A stretch of 57,820 nt of DNA, counting the filler, from Sphacelaria rigidula (lineage: Eukaryota), in NCBI GenBank assembly GCA_964200075.2. It is 6 parts of 6 records of this genome, joined end to end, with 100 filler letters (N's around TTAATTAATTAA, not from the genome) between each part and the next. Parts side by side here need not be neighbours in the genome. Positions count along the whole stretch, not along the records: positions 28,963 to 38,515 come from CAXNAA020008240.1; positions 38,616 to 48,168 come from CAXNAA020008241.1; positions 48,269 to 57,820 come from CAXNAA020008242.1; 3 more parts are not named here. One strand, 5' to 3'. This document shows, piece after piece, positions 37,817 through 50,800 of the stretch (positions are counted from its first letter, which is position 1; each line of letters opens with the position of its first letter). A program made the translations under genes and the position numbers. The notes beneath the pieces are model-generated. The model was not told where the DNA came from, did not search any database, and was given only the letters and a program-made list of their open reading frames with translations.

Positions 37817-38218
37817 TGGAACATTTGATCCAGTTTTTGCCCCCCGGACAGGGAATATCGCCATCGCATGCGTGGGACGCTTTGCACCACCTCACTGAGA
37901 GGAGTCTAGCTCACTTTTACCCGATTCGCTTGGCTCCGAGGTTTGTAAGAATGGCCTCTGGAGCAAAATTCCAACTGGAGGTGAAAAAAACGCTGGTCGC
38001 GATGTGGAAATATTGTAAAATCACTATAGAAACCTGCAAAAACGGTGTTTTGTTCATGTCCAGCTGCATTTTTGTTGAGAGGTCATCCTCCAAACCCCGG
38101 AGCCGAGCGAATCGGAGAAAGTGAGCTAGACTCCTCTCCGTGAGGTGGTGCAAATCGTCCTACACATGCGATGGCGATATTCCCTGTTCGGGGACCAGAA
38201 ACCGTGCCAAATGTTCCA
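37817..38218. mobile_element. Foldback MITE (about 150-bp arms)
   Basis: tggaacatttg..cagggaatatcgccatcgcatg..gaggagtctagctcacttt pairs with aaagtgagctagactcctc..catgcgatggcgatattccctg..caaatgttcca. Confidence 0.85.
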
Positions 38219-39522
38219 TAAATGAAAATCTCCCCCCCTCCCTCCCCAAAAACCCCCGTAAGAAACGGTGTAATATAATAGTACAATTTGATAGGAATCA
38301 GGATACTTTCGAACGAGATTGTTCGCCTCTCCTGCGTGTCTCGGGGAGGGAAGAGAGGCGAACTATCTCGTTCAGAAGGAATCTGATTCCTTTCAAATTG
38401 TACAATTATACCGTTTCTTACGGGGTTTTTTTTTGGGGGGGGGTGGAGGATGTACTCAACAAATAAGTACGCCCCCCCCCCCCCCCCACACCAAACAAAA
38501 AAGATACACTCATGTNNNNNNNNNNNNNNNNNNNNNNNNNNNNNNNNNNNNNNNNNNNNTTAATTAATTAANNNNNNNNNNNNNNNNNNNNNNNNNNNNN
38601 NNNNNNNNNNNNNNNGGAGGCGCGGTGCTGGGGTCGGGAAGGGGGGGGGGGGGGGGGGGGGGGGGGTGTACTTATTAATACATGTATGTGTAGGACAAAA
38701 TAGTCGAGGAAGTAACAAGAGCAAATCAGCACGCCCTTGCAATTTTGGTTTCTACTGTGTAGGGCATGGCATACATCAGAGTACACAGGTTCTTCAGTTC
38801 GTGCCGGCGCAAACAAATCCTGGATATCTTTACAAGACATGGGGCAAAGTCAGTTCGCCATCAAAAACAGCAGCACACGTGACCCGTTTTTCCCCAACAC
38901 AAGTGCTGTGGTCGTCAGCTCTTGAGGGCGAAATTCCACTGCACAGAAACACTAACGGCCCACTGAAGCACCCAAGCAACAACTCGATCCCTTACAGAAG
39001 AAGGGGTAGCTATGAGAGTAGTGGAATTCACCAGAGTTCACGACTCGATTCTCCCCCCCCCCCGCCCCTTTGCTAGATTGCTAGATTGCTAAAATTGATT
39101 GGTTGTCGCACATTGACTGATTCCAGAGGAACCCAGCCATGGCCATTATCCAGAATATAGACCTACTCACCCAAGGTGAAATAAAACAGGAACGCACGCT
39201 GAAGAAAAAAAAGAGTAAACAAGGGCAAAATATAAATGAAACAAACAAATACAAGTAGACTGAAACCAGAAACCAATGCAAAAAAAACGAGCAGGATGCG
39301 AAAAAAAGGAGAGGAACGGGTAAGAGTGTCCTACAACGGAAGCTTACCTCAATATATTATAGAACAACGCGGAAAAATTGCAAAATTTCCGTCTTTGCAC
39401 GGCCCAGCGTTGTTCCCAAGCACGCCGCATATTGAGTGCTGCGCTGCAAAGGTGTGCGGTATCGACTGTACTGTAGCTGATGTCTACACCGAACAAGTAC
39501 ACAAAAAGGCACACACCCACAC

Positions 39523-42500
39523 CTCGAGCGGCATGATGACCCTCCGCAGGTAAGACTCGTCCTTCTTGGCGTCGTACATGTGCTGAGCGTCCAGCACATC
39601 GTGCATTGTCACCAGGTTCCCCTCCTCCGACAGTACCCCCGACCGCACGCGCCGCAGCTCCTGCATGTGCCCCCCCGTGCCGACGAGCAGCCCCAGGTGC
39701 ACACACAGTGTCCTCACATATGTGCCCGCCTCACAACTCACCCAGAAGATACCTGGAGCATTTCCGCACGATGTCCATACCCGGGATCAGAGCAGCCGCG
39801 GAGAACCAATTGTCGGGGGGCTCTTGTTGTGGGTGTAGGAATGACAATCACAGCAGCAAGATAACATTAGAGTTCACCACTTGGTCGGATAAAACTTTCC
39901 CAGAATTTTGCTGTAAGACTTGAGTGTGAAGAGCAATATTCAGATCTTCAGTGGGAATGACAGTCCCGAGCGCTCGAAGCGTGCGCCGAACACCTTGTCA
40001 AAATCGGCGCCTGCGGTGCTGGGTTGAGGTCTACCGGCGCCACACTTTGCCTAGAAAACACTTTGCACCCCCCTCGCCAGAGGGTTCTCGGCATGCAGTG
40101 GGTTCGGGTTCGAGTTCGAGTTAGGGTGAGCGTTAGTTCGACATGACAGAATTCCGAGAACTTTTTGTCCGATCAAGTGGTGAACTGACCTCCAAGATAA
40201 TAGCCCTCGATCACGATCGTGCATGAGAGATCCAAAGGGAAACCCACGCCTGAATTGTTTGTTTGTACTCGTATTTCTGTCTATATCGTAGATTCAAACG
40301 CCTTCAACTTCATGGGGAGTTTCATGCCAGCGCGGAAGTCTTGACTCAACCCGCTGTAACAAAATGTAAGGAGGCGTGTGCCATATCGGGGGACAGATGG
40401 ATTGATCACCCCTCGACAGCACGGACTCATCCTGAGGAGGCGAAAGGGTTTAAAGCGTCCCCGAAGGATATATATATATATATATATATATACGTATTCC
40501 CCTACGGGAACAGGGATAGTCTCTGTGAGGAAACAAGAATAACGCTCCGTCTTTTGTACACTTCGTCTGCACTTGGGTATGATGTGGGGTGCGGCAGTTG
40601 TAGATTGGGGCGCGTTATCCTCTTCCGGGCCATGATTGTAAAATAACACGTACCTAGATGCCGGTCGTTGTCGTACTCGATGAGTCTGCTCTTGTAGATT
40701 GTTCGGATCCGCAGTTGTCGCTTAACCGCTGAGATGAGCGGCGGCCTCTGGAACAGAGCTCCGGTTAGCGTAGACACTGCCCGTTCCACCTGTTTTGGAA
40801 AAAAACAAGACACATATATTATATTAACGGAAATAGCCACTCATGTCATCTTCCACACATTTTCCTTGCCCCTCTTAATGATTTTCTTATCCTTCCCCAC
40901 ACTTGCCGCGCCCCCGCCACCAAAGGACAGTCATATCAACAACGCCACTCGATACGTGCGTGGACAAATCTTGGGTAATCGTCAGTTGAAGTGTAAATGC
41001 GCTCTGTTGGTTCCTCCATGTTTCGCTTCATTTTCATCCCGCGTTGCCCCTCGGGAGAGATTTCGTCAATTCTCTTGGGTGCACATGTTCATCCTGTCAT
41101 CACCCATGCCTTGATTCGAGAGCGGATTGGTCACTGCTGAGACCACCAGTTGATCAATTGATTATATATCCACTGATCAACACGAGAAGCTTCAACGAAT
41201 GGTTTCACGGATTTTTCTTCCAGCATCATCACACAACCTTATCTGTCCAGACATCACCCTCACCCCCCCCCTCGCCCTCCTAGACCACCACCACAACGCC
41301 CAGACAACGGAGGCTCACCTTCCCGGTTGCCTCTGCCGCGTTCCCGCCCACCGCAGCGTGAAAGCGCGCCAGCCCCACGTACTCTTTTCCCGCACTCTGC
41401 TGTGCCTTCACCAGGCGTGTCGCGCGGTCAATGCACACGATCAGGCATCCGGTAACCTTAGGGTCAAGAGTACCGCTGTGCCCCGTCTTTTCCACGCGAA
41501 GAATGCGCTTGATCCATGCGACAACCTGCAGTAGGTTTCGAGAGAGGGGAAGGGAGGGGGCAATTGGAGCGATCGTTTATTTGTTCTTCGTTGCAGTTGC
41601 GGTGACCTCGGGTGCTTCTTTTTAGAGGTGGGTCCGGGTTTCCAGTGCAAATACCTTGTCGTATTTCCGTTTAACACGACGGCATCACCACTGGTCAAGC
41701 CTGATAGTCGATTGCAGCGCAGCCACGTTAGCTCATGGGCACGATCGTGGCAGGTTTGTGTATAACATGCGGCTTTGTTGGAGACGCTGAGCTTTATGGT
41801 TACATATATATATAAAATATTCATACTTCCTCCGTCCCATAAATGAGGCCTAACGGCAGCAACTTCAAAGATATGACGAAGCCTGAATGGTGTTTGTTAC
41901 CTGTGTCACAGCGGGCGTCGACCCGTAAGTGTGCCCAGATAAACGACTGTGCTGGCGAGATCTGCCGCTGTTTTGTACCCTCTATGTTTGACATTAGAAA
42001 CAAAAATATTCCGAAAGGAGTTGGACCGCCAATAATTATTATTTCAGGCCACACAGCACACAAAAAGTCTTGGTCGCCGTTACTGGTGGGTCAACACCTA
42101 CTTGCGGCATGAATCTACACATATACCGAGTTTCGGCATCATCACACGTCAGGTGCGCTATGTTTGGGCGCCTGTCGTATATTGTGTGTGTTGTCGTCCC
42201 ATCTATTCTGGACGCCGGTTTACACCTTTCGGTATATGTGGGCGCACCAACCGGGGTCACACAAGATGAAGGTCAACACAGGAGTTTCTTTTCATTTTTC
42301 TTTGTTTTGTAGTACCCCACCTTCCTTCTGCGGTGCTTGCCTTTATTTTTCATCTCGAGAAGGTCCAGCAGTCCCTTTTCCCCGTCGGGTCGAATTTTGG
42401 GCGCCTAGTCTCCCAAAATACCGCCTCCGTAATATTGAAAATAAATAACACTGTAAAATAATGACATCTCGGATTACTTCTGTTCCGAGGATAATGGTCA

Positions 42501-43865
42501 TCTCCGACCGAGAGTACACCCCAAAACCAGGCCAGGTGATCTGGATAACTTTGTATTCAGGCGTCGGCCGCGGATTTTTCACTGTGTAAACGACACTGAC
42601 TCGAGAACTGCACGCCTGTTCCAGCATCATGATGTCACGTGTCCACAACTCATCACTCAGCGTACAGCATGAAGGGGAATAAAGCTTGCGCAAGCCATCA
42701 AGGGTGTATTGGGGAAGCTAAATACCCGGATATTTACTCTCCCACATTTTGTGTTGCGATGATTCCATCTACGAACTCTACCCAGATATTGGGTGAGGTA
42801 CTACTGTAGGGCAACACACTCCCCAATATCTGGGTATTGTTGAGTACGATCTCAACACTCTACCCCAAGTTTTAGGTACTTGTTAGTCCGAGTTTTCAAA
42901 ATACCCCCTTGTAGGCAATACCCGGCCCAACACACCCTTGCAAGCCATGTATTGCCATGTATTGCCAATGTATTGCCAACATCATGACCGCTAGGTCAAA
43001 CGACCTGGTATCGCCTACGACAACGTCACAGGTGTCGAATGGCGAATACAGTAAAAACGCAAGACGACTGACATCTACGGCCGTCATTGTCGACACCATG
43101 TGATGTTGCTTATTCCTGATCTTTTTCTTCAGTCGTTTCCGGGCATCGTTCAGGCTACACAGGGAATTGGGCAGAGTTCGAGGTATCGACGTGCAGGTAG
43201 GAAGAATGCCATTCAAGCCGTCCTGTTTTAAGTCAGAACGTGGTCGTGCTCATCTCGCTTTCAAACAGGGTCTGGCACAGGTATCAACACAGGGGAGAAT
43301 TTTGGACCCTGTAACGCTATTTTTCAGGTGTCAGGTGTAACCGTCACGGGGGGGTGTTCGACACGCTCAACGATGCGCAACAGTCAAATCACCGACATCC
43401 CGTAGGCGGGGTCCAGGTGATATGGAAATCCGAACTTCACCCAAATCACTCCAGCAATCAATCATGTCTTATGCAGATCAACACCGCCTGCGTAAGAGTC
43501 GACCTTGGTGACTCCACCCCAAACGGCTTCCGAGGTGTCACATGAGCGTCGCGATTCGATACACACCTCGTGGGAAGACGGGTTTGCTGGCTTATCCAGG
43601 TTGATGACTCCATACCGTACGTACTCCTTCAGCTCGCGCTTGAGCGGGGAACAACCGCTCGGGATGGGCGTGTAGTGCGCCTGCCTGCACTGCAGTGCAT
43701 CGTAGTTCTTCAAAAGCAGCGGCCACTTCGAGGTGTCGAGCTTTGGTTTTGAGGTCTCAGGCCGGATCATGTGTTCGGTGGCTGCCATCGGCGCGATAGC
43801 TGCCACCGGCGCGGCCCCATCCCCATCCACGCTCTTTCTGGACTTCTTTTTTTTCTTCACGTCGC
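39523..43865 (-). CDS. DKC1: H/ACA ribonucleoprotein pseudouridine synthase dyskerin / Cbf5 (partial: start exon and PUA/C-terminal exons not located)
   Basis: Exons 43865-43567 ([40 protein letters not shown]), 41525-41319 ([26 protein letters not shown], catalytic Asp), 40789-40654 ([23 protein letters not shown]) and 39752-39523 ([32 protein letters not shown]). All are GT-AG and phase-compatible. Confidence 0.96.
42180..42392 (-). mobile_element. 5'-truncated SINE copy in a dyskerin intron
   Basis: gtcgtcccatctattctggacgccggtttacacctttcggtatatgtgggcgcaccaaccggggtcacaca is the near reverse complement of ~34008-34078. Confidence 0.8.
42699..42940. mobile_element. 242-bp hAT-type MITE with a perfect 8-bp TSD, in a dyskerin intron
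   Basis: TIRs caagggtgtattggg / cccaacacacccttg. TSD caagccat at 42691-42698 and 42941-42948. Internal tactc/gagta motifs. Confidence 0.9.
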
Positions 43866-45899
43866 CTTTTACAACGGGGGGAGAGGATGGGCGGGGGGTA
43901 GGTGGAAAGAATTGGTGTTCAAGAACAGGAATTTTTCGTGTGGAATACTTGTGGAATTCTACGTCTATGCCTACGTGCTCAGCAGGGCTGATGAGGTTGC
44001 GGAGACCACGAGCTGTAGTGTGTCCAATAAGGGGGGTGGTATCATTTTCAAGGATAGATCAGCCTGCCGAAAAGATGCTGCAACACCGTTTGTGACCCTG
44101 CTCTATGAGCAGGGCCACAATGTCCAGCACAAACAGACCTCCTTATGAATGCAACACATAACTATTCTTGCGTGTCTTACGCCGACTGCGCATTACGATC
44201 ACAGCAACGACACATGCACGGTTGCTTGACCAGACTGCACTATGTATGGCCACGCAGCACTGCAAACGATGGCTTGATACGATCGTATAAGCTCCATACT
44301 GAACTCAAGTAGTTTAGTGATTGGAAAGAGAGAGAGGGGCACATGTGGTTAGCGCCGACCAGCGCTAGCTAATTGTACACTAGATACCAATACCCGACTT
44401 TCATAAACAACACACAGTACGGAAGTTGTAGGTACTGCATTTAGCTATTGCACTCACTCATTTTTCTGTTGCCTGTGCACGTATGTCTCGATGAAGGATG
44501 CGCCGTTTATCGTACAGCTACAACTCACCCGATTCTGGCAGGTATCGACCAGCGTCACCAAAAAAACGATTTATCGCCATTATACATTATACATCTCTGG
44601 TACCTTCAGCCATTTTCTAGTATCTATTTCTTATTCGGAAAAAACACGAATCCAGTGTGAAGTGGTCCCTTGCACCGATCGAACCGGTTCTGACAGTCCC
44701 GCTCAGACAGTCCTGCAATGCTGCATCTGTAGGCTTCCCCCAGTCGTATCCCTACCCCCTCTGCCACATCTCGAACATGGAGAACAACAGCAACAACAAG
44801 AGCAAACGGCAGGCGCGACAGCATCATGATCTACAGTCGCGGCCCGGAGATAAGAAATGTCAATTTGGGGTTGAGGCTCAAAGTCTCTTATTTCGGGCGC
44901 AAACACCAGCATACGTTGTGTTTTTTCTTGTATCAATAATTGACTTTCCTTATATTTGTGGCCGACCGGATCCTGTTGATTTTCTTAAATTGTCGTTTTC
45001 TTATATCCTCGATGTACTGTCTCCGCCGCTTCCTCGCTGCACGCAAATTACCCTACGAAAAACATCCCCGCAGATATACAACAGTGTCTAACTGGCGCTA
45101 CCAAACATCAAGGACGTAGTATGCCGCTCCCACAAAAAGTACAGTTTAGCAGGGGGGGGGTCCAGATATATATAGAGGGTACGTTTCTTAGTTGGGAAGG
45201 GGCTGCCCAGTCACCTAGTTTCTTATTTCTTATGCCTATTTTAGGTATGTATCCGCGTTGTTTCTTATTTGTATCTTTAACATCTCGTCGCCCAGTTTGA
45301 GGCGTGTTTCTTGGCCCATTTTTCTTATTTTTTTCCGTGAAGGCCCAGCCTCATTTTCTTGACTCAATTTTTCTTTATTGCGGGCCGCAAGTCAAAGTGT
45401 ATGAAAAAGCATCATTGAAGGCGAGAAAAACAATACGAGTATCTGGATCATGGGCACGATAACCTTATCGCGCCGGAAGGAGCTGTAAATGGGGAATTGC
45501 TCTGCTATGTGGCAGCACACCCCCGTCGCGCTTCTCACTGAGTGAAGTCCACGACTGCACTCAACCTGAAGCTCACGATTCTGTTTTTCTTCGACCCCCC
45601 GCGTTGTGACGTCTCGAGAGGAATGCGTGGTCAATGGTCACACGACTAAGGCAAGCAACAAATGGGTACACCCCCCCCCCGCGTTGTGATGCAGGGTTTG
45701 GCCCCTGAACGGTTGCTGAGCATATGCAGTACAGTGCTACAACTGGAGTACAGAATAACTTCACCGAGACCCAGCAATATTTCAGCAAGACCGCAGCTCA
45801 CAAGACTAGAGCCCAAGCTCTTGAGAGCATGGCGGCGAGTGCATTGCGCCAAGTTGACAGGGATTTTAGTGAGTCCCACCCCCACACTATTTTGAGTAA

Positions 45900-46215
45900 A
45901 GCTTGCGAGCGCTCGAGGCGCCTACCCCACATGACTGCGGCGAGGCAGTCTAGCCGAGCCTCCGGGTAACCTCCACACGAACCCGTTTGCGGGGTAAGCC
46001 TTGGATCGGGTTTCCTCCTTTCTTCAAGGATAAAAAAACGATGGTTGCTACGGCGGCGGACGTGGGAGTCTTGAAGGTGGGTAACGGCAGCTGTAGTCGC
46101 TTTCCACTGTTGAGCATGATGTGAGAAAAGATTCTAGATCGCTCCGGGAATCGAACCCCCCAACTCAACAATCAGAAGGTTACGAAGTTACCAACTGAGC
46201 CACCGGGGCGACCGG
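45900..46215 (-). mobile_element. tRNA-derived SINE with an alternative tail
   Basis: On the minus strand: A-box TGGCTCAGTTGG, B-box GGTTCGATTCC and core catgctcaacagtggaaagcgactac as in the 33724 copy. Downstream sequence is unrelated. The 3' boundary is approximate. Confidence 0.7.
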
Positions 46216-47572
46216 CGTGATGAATGCCCCAATAACCGCGTCGGCGTAATAATAAGTGGCCAGGGCGTTAGAAACAAAATTACAATTCATCGTCAACAAA
46301 ACAAATGCTTTTTCATACTGGATTTGAGGTGCTGGGGCGGGACAGGAGCTGAGTGGGACTTAGGGAGAGCCAAAATAATAACGATAGAACACTTGTTTCT
46401 GTTGTTCGAGTAGTTTGAATCGGTAACAGGAAAAGTAAGACACTGCAGTCATGAATAATTCAGTCGCTCCCGACAGGGATTATCTCAAACTATTTTGGCA
46501 GACAACTCCTAGTGGGTAAAACACTTGTTTTGTGGTACATTTTTCGTTTCTCAGACTGAACAAGAACATTACCCCGACCTCGAAAACCCTCCGAACATTT
46601 TCCCACAAAAAATGATGTTGGGGAGGCGCTCGTCGCGCACGATGCGGCCGGCGTGTACGAGTCGTAGTACCATTCGACACGGTCACGGGATGACGAGTTG
46701 ATACCACGATCAATCGCTTGCAAAAAATGTACACGATTTGTATGTAATGGAACACCCTTCTGCATACTCCGCCCCCAGTCACCCCGCGGTGACCATGGTC
46801 TCTACCATCGCAATAATGGTGGAAAGGTTGGCCGCGCGGAAGCCCGCAAGGCTCGTCACCGCCTTCATCACTGGATCAACCCGGGATCACATGTATCCAG
46901 GATGTCCATGCAAACGTGGGCATGTCTTCATTTATGTATACCCTTAGCCGTAGATTTCATCTCTGCACTCACGTCCGCCGTCGCCTATGTCGGGTGACCT
47001 GTTGTGATGGAGAGCGCCAGAGCTGTGGGGACCATAAGTAGGAGACTTGAGTCTGCGTATGCCTTCGACGTTTCCGTTGTCGCTGAGTGCGCCGCTCCTA
47101 AAAGGCTTGCCGTGGCGTCCACGGATAAGGGAAGACGAGCCGGACATGTCTTCATCGCTGCCTTCGCCGCTCCTCGCCCCATACTTCACCTTGCCATACA
47201 CCGTCGAGACTAGGTTCGAGAAATGGAGAAGGCGGCGGCGGGGAGAGGAGGGTCGCGGAGGCTAACGACGCGATGTCTCTGCGTTCCAATCCACGCCACT
47301 TTCGTCGTACAAGGGATTTTGTAGTGGCCACGCCGGTAAGGGTGCGAGTGGGGAACATGACAGTCTCCACTGTGCACGTCACGGGCATTGAGCAGGTTGT
47401 GAAGCCGGCCGCCACCGCTGTCGCTGCCACCGACCATGCAGGTGCTGTGTGAAAGTGGAAATCTTTGCGGTGTGCGGCTCTTGAAGATCGTTGCCATGAT
47501 GGTGTCCTCGCTTGTCGAGTATGGCATGTAGGGCCTTGCGGTTAACAAGAGCAAGCCATGCGCAACGCCCAG

Positions 47573-47829
47573 GAGCAATGCTACGGTAGGGGTGCACTTT
47601 TTTCGCGAAATTTTGTCTGGTTCAGTGGCTCCTAACGACTCTGGACGCACAAGAATATGGGTCAGGGCATCTCCGTTTGCAGATTTATTCGGGATATCCC
47701 TAGCACATTGGAATAGTAACCCTGGCGTACTCTCGCATATTTTCACAAGTCGTGTTTTGGATAAGATAAAGGGCTCCTAACAATTCTAACCTCAGAAAAT
47801 ATTTCTGTACCCCTACCGTAGCATCACTC
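47573..47829. mobile_element. 257-bp MITE with GAG..CTC termini and a 4-bp TSD (Sola-like)
   Basis: ccag|gagcaatgctacggtaggggtgcac ... tgtacccctaccgtagcatcactc|ccag. Colinear with 10240-10496. Confidence 0.88.
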
Positions 47830-50800
47830 CCAGGTCTCATGCCAACGACGTGAAGCAGGAGCTTCGTCTCACGAGGGCGAATACTGATGCCCCGGAGAAT
47901 ACATCCGCGTGGTTTGGGTGCTTGCCGGTCTTGTCACGAGTCGCGTGTCTTGATCGCCAGATGCGGAGCTGCTTCATATTGACTATTCGTCCTCAGTCAA
48001 TTAGTTTTCCCTCACATCCTGCTTTTACTTATCGTCATCGTCGTGGTGCTTGTCAGTGGTGCAGCTAACAGTGTTTTCGTGAGATTGAGAGTAGATGATA
48101 CGATTGAGAGTGGCTTTGATCATTCGCTTTAAGCGAGTCGTTTTTTTCTTCTACGTGTGTTTTTCGCTNNNNNNNNNNNNNNNNNNNNNNNNNNNNNNNN
48201 NNNNNNNNNNNNTTAATTAATTAANNNNNNNNNNNNNNNNNNNNNNNNNNNNNNNNNNNNNNNNNNNNGTGCAGAACGTGCTCTATGCAGGATTCGGAGA
48301 GCTGTAGCTTCTAGGTGTGACTTCCCCGATTTCAGCGGTGGTTTCGGAATGACCTACAACGTAGCAGAAGCAGAGTTATGGCCGTCTGACGGATTGACAG
48401 CGTCTTGGCCGGCCCAGCTTGTACTACACGTTTTGACCATCATCATCTTCACATCAATAACTCAATCACCCGCCCACACGGCTCTGTAGGCCATGGCAAC
48501 GCTTTTGACTCGCACTGGAACACAACGGCACATGCTATCCACGGTCAAGGCCTGAGAACACCTCAAAATCGCTGGCATTGTGGCTCAAAAAGTGTGATGT
48601 CCCATTTTTTGTGGTTACGGTCTGTTTGTGGCTATCCTTCGGCTTGTTTATAAATGTAAGGCACATGCAATCATACTTCGCATGGAAGTCGTAGTTCATC
48701 CTCATGAACAGAATAGCACGTAATCGACTCGACAAAGTGTCGGTGTGGTACCGCCCGTGTTATCCAGTATGAATATGCTGCATCGACTGTATTGCGGTGC
48801 CCACAGCAAGCTACGCACGCTCTGTGAATCGCAAGGGCTAAAGTGATTCTCTGTAATTCAAACGTTTGGGCGGATCGGATGCTCTTGTGTTGAATTGTTG
48901 CATCGACTGCTAAAAATGCGTGCACTTTAATTGATATGAAAATCTATCGCAAAAAATAAACATGGAAAATAAATAAATCTGTGCATGCTCATGTAAGCCG
49001 TTTATTATCCAAGCACAGTCCCCACTGTAGTGGAAACCTAGTGGCATTGAAAAAAAAACGCAATTTTTTCATCGTCTGATGTCCTACCGGCGGGCCGGTA
49101 ATGTATCGCTCCCTAGGCCTCGAAGCCCCAAGTGTTTCACCAAAGACCGCGACTGAGGTACAAAAATCTCTTCTCGAAGTAGGGTGTGAAGCTGGCAGCC
49201 CGCAGACGGAAAGGCTGAAGCCTGTGAACCGAAGGAGGAGACGGTTCTCACCCCCACGAGCACGTCCCCAAATTGGGGAGGACGGTCGTCAAAATTGTGG
49301 TCATGCGGAGAATCGCGCATGAGGCCGGTTCCCTTCAGGTGTGAAAACTGCAGCCAGCGTGAATTTGCTGTACAGACAGCAGTTTGTAACCTGCCTGTAG
49401 AGGCTACTAAGTAAAAAATGAAGCAAGACACAAGTAGATGGGTAGACAAGAAACGGCATGCCGGGAACACTCGGGTAAAGGGGTGCTCCAGGCAAAGCGC
49501 GCGTTGGCAGACATGACACTGACAGCGCCCAAAGGGACAAAAAAACGCGATTTTGAGGCAGGTTCTTGAAACCTGCCTGCACAGGCAAATATAGAGGGGG
49601 GATCGTGAATAATACGGCGATATTTGGCTTGCTGTTGATATACCATCGTGGGATGTTCAGGGGAGTCAACACAAATAATGATTTTTTCGGATTTCCTTTA
49701 CAGCCTACTTCACGCTTATCGCCCGAAATTGTGTCATCATGAAATACCTTCCGCAACACCTATCCAATAGTTGTGTGGATACCGCCATTTGGGCATGTGC
49801 GGAGAGATTTCCTTTCATGACGTGTAACCTAGTGAACGGCTGTTACAGGGGTCAGTTTGCAGGAGCCCCGAAACTCCCATATACAGCCGGATCTGCGACC
49901 CCACGGTAACAGGGATCTTCCCGGCGAACTGCTGGCTATCCCTGGGGATCACTATCGACTTGGACTCTTAGACTTCATCTTCGGGCTAACTCGCTCGCGC
50001 TCGTCGAGCTTTCCCGAGTGATCCACTTGCCTCAATACCACGACTACGGTCAAGCCTTGACTACATGACCCGAGGAAAATCATCGGCCACCTTCCACGGC
50101 TGCTACCGTCACCGGGAGTTTCACGACTTTGACAGTGGCATACATCATGTGATACTGACCGCCATGGACAGCTGAAGAGAGTAAACATAGCCGGATTTGT
50201 GTTCAAGGTCATAGTGGTGGCGCTAAGGGCGAAAAAGTACCTCGCCCAATCAGCGCCGTTCAAATTGTTCTGCAATCGAATATACGAATTTCAAGGCCAA
50301 CTGTTACCCAATCTCTACATGCTTCAAATTGCAGTAACCGCCATCAGCTCAGTAATCGAACGGAAAATATATATTTGAAAACGGTTAGCACGGACGGGAT
50401 CGAATTATACCCCAAACCTTGTGCTTCGGTGATGTGAGATTCTGTGGTCGTCTAATTTCCACTGATGATAATAACGAAAGACCCAGGGAGCCTTCTGAGG
50501 GCTTCCGTTATATCTGTCTTGAGAAACCTCAGATCGCCCTCAAACTTGGCAGATCCGTAGTTATTGGTGCTCCAAATGGGAAAAAAACATGTTGTTGGCG
50601 GTAATTCAATGTTACTCCGTTCATTACCGGGTTACGGGGGTCCCAGTGTGAAGACCTCCGCAAGGCAGTACATAATGCCGCAAAACAATAAAATGGTGCG
50701 CCTCGGGGTAGTCCAAGAAACATCGTGCACAAAGTTTGGTCGAGACACTCGAAAACCTCATACAGTTCTCCTCGCACTAAAGTAAAATATACCCGAAAAA

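Noticed and set aside
40982-42656. Possible intronic C/D snoRNAs in dyskerin introns (sense GTGATGA at ~41103, 41231, 42145 and 42656, three with CTGA about 100-120 nt downstream)
   Set aside because: No terminal stems and no rRNA-complementary guide recognised, so chance occurrence is plausible. snoscan or an Rfam search would be needed.
10047-43865. Functional cluster of WSC gene, hAT transposase and dyskerin (e.g. transposase-driven exon rearrangement)
   Set aside because: The three genes are on different, unlinked contigs, and no recombination-signal-like repeats were seen in the WSC introns.
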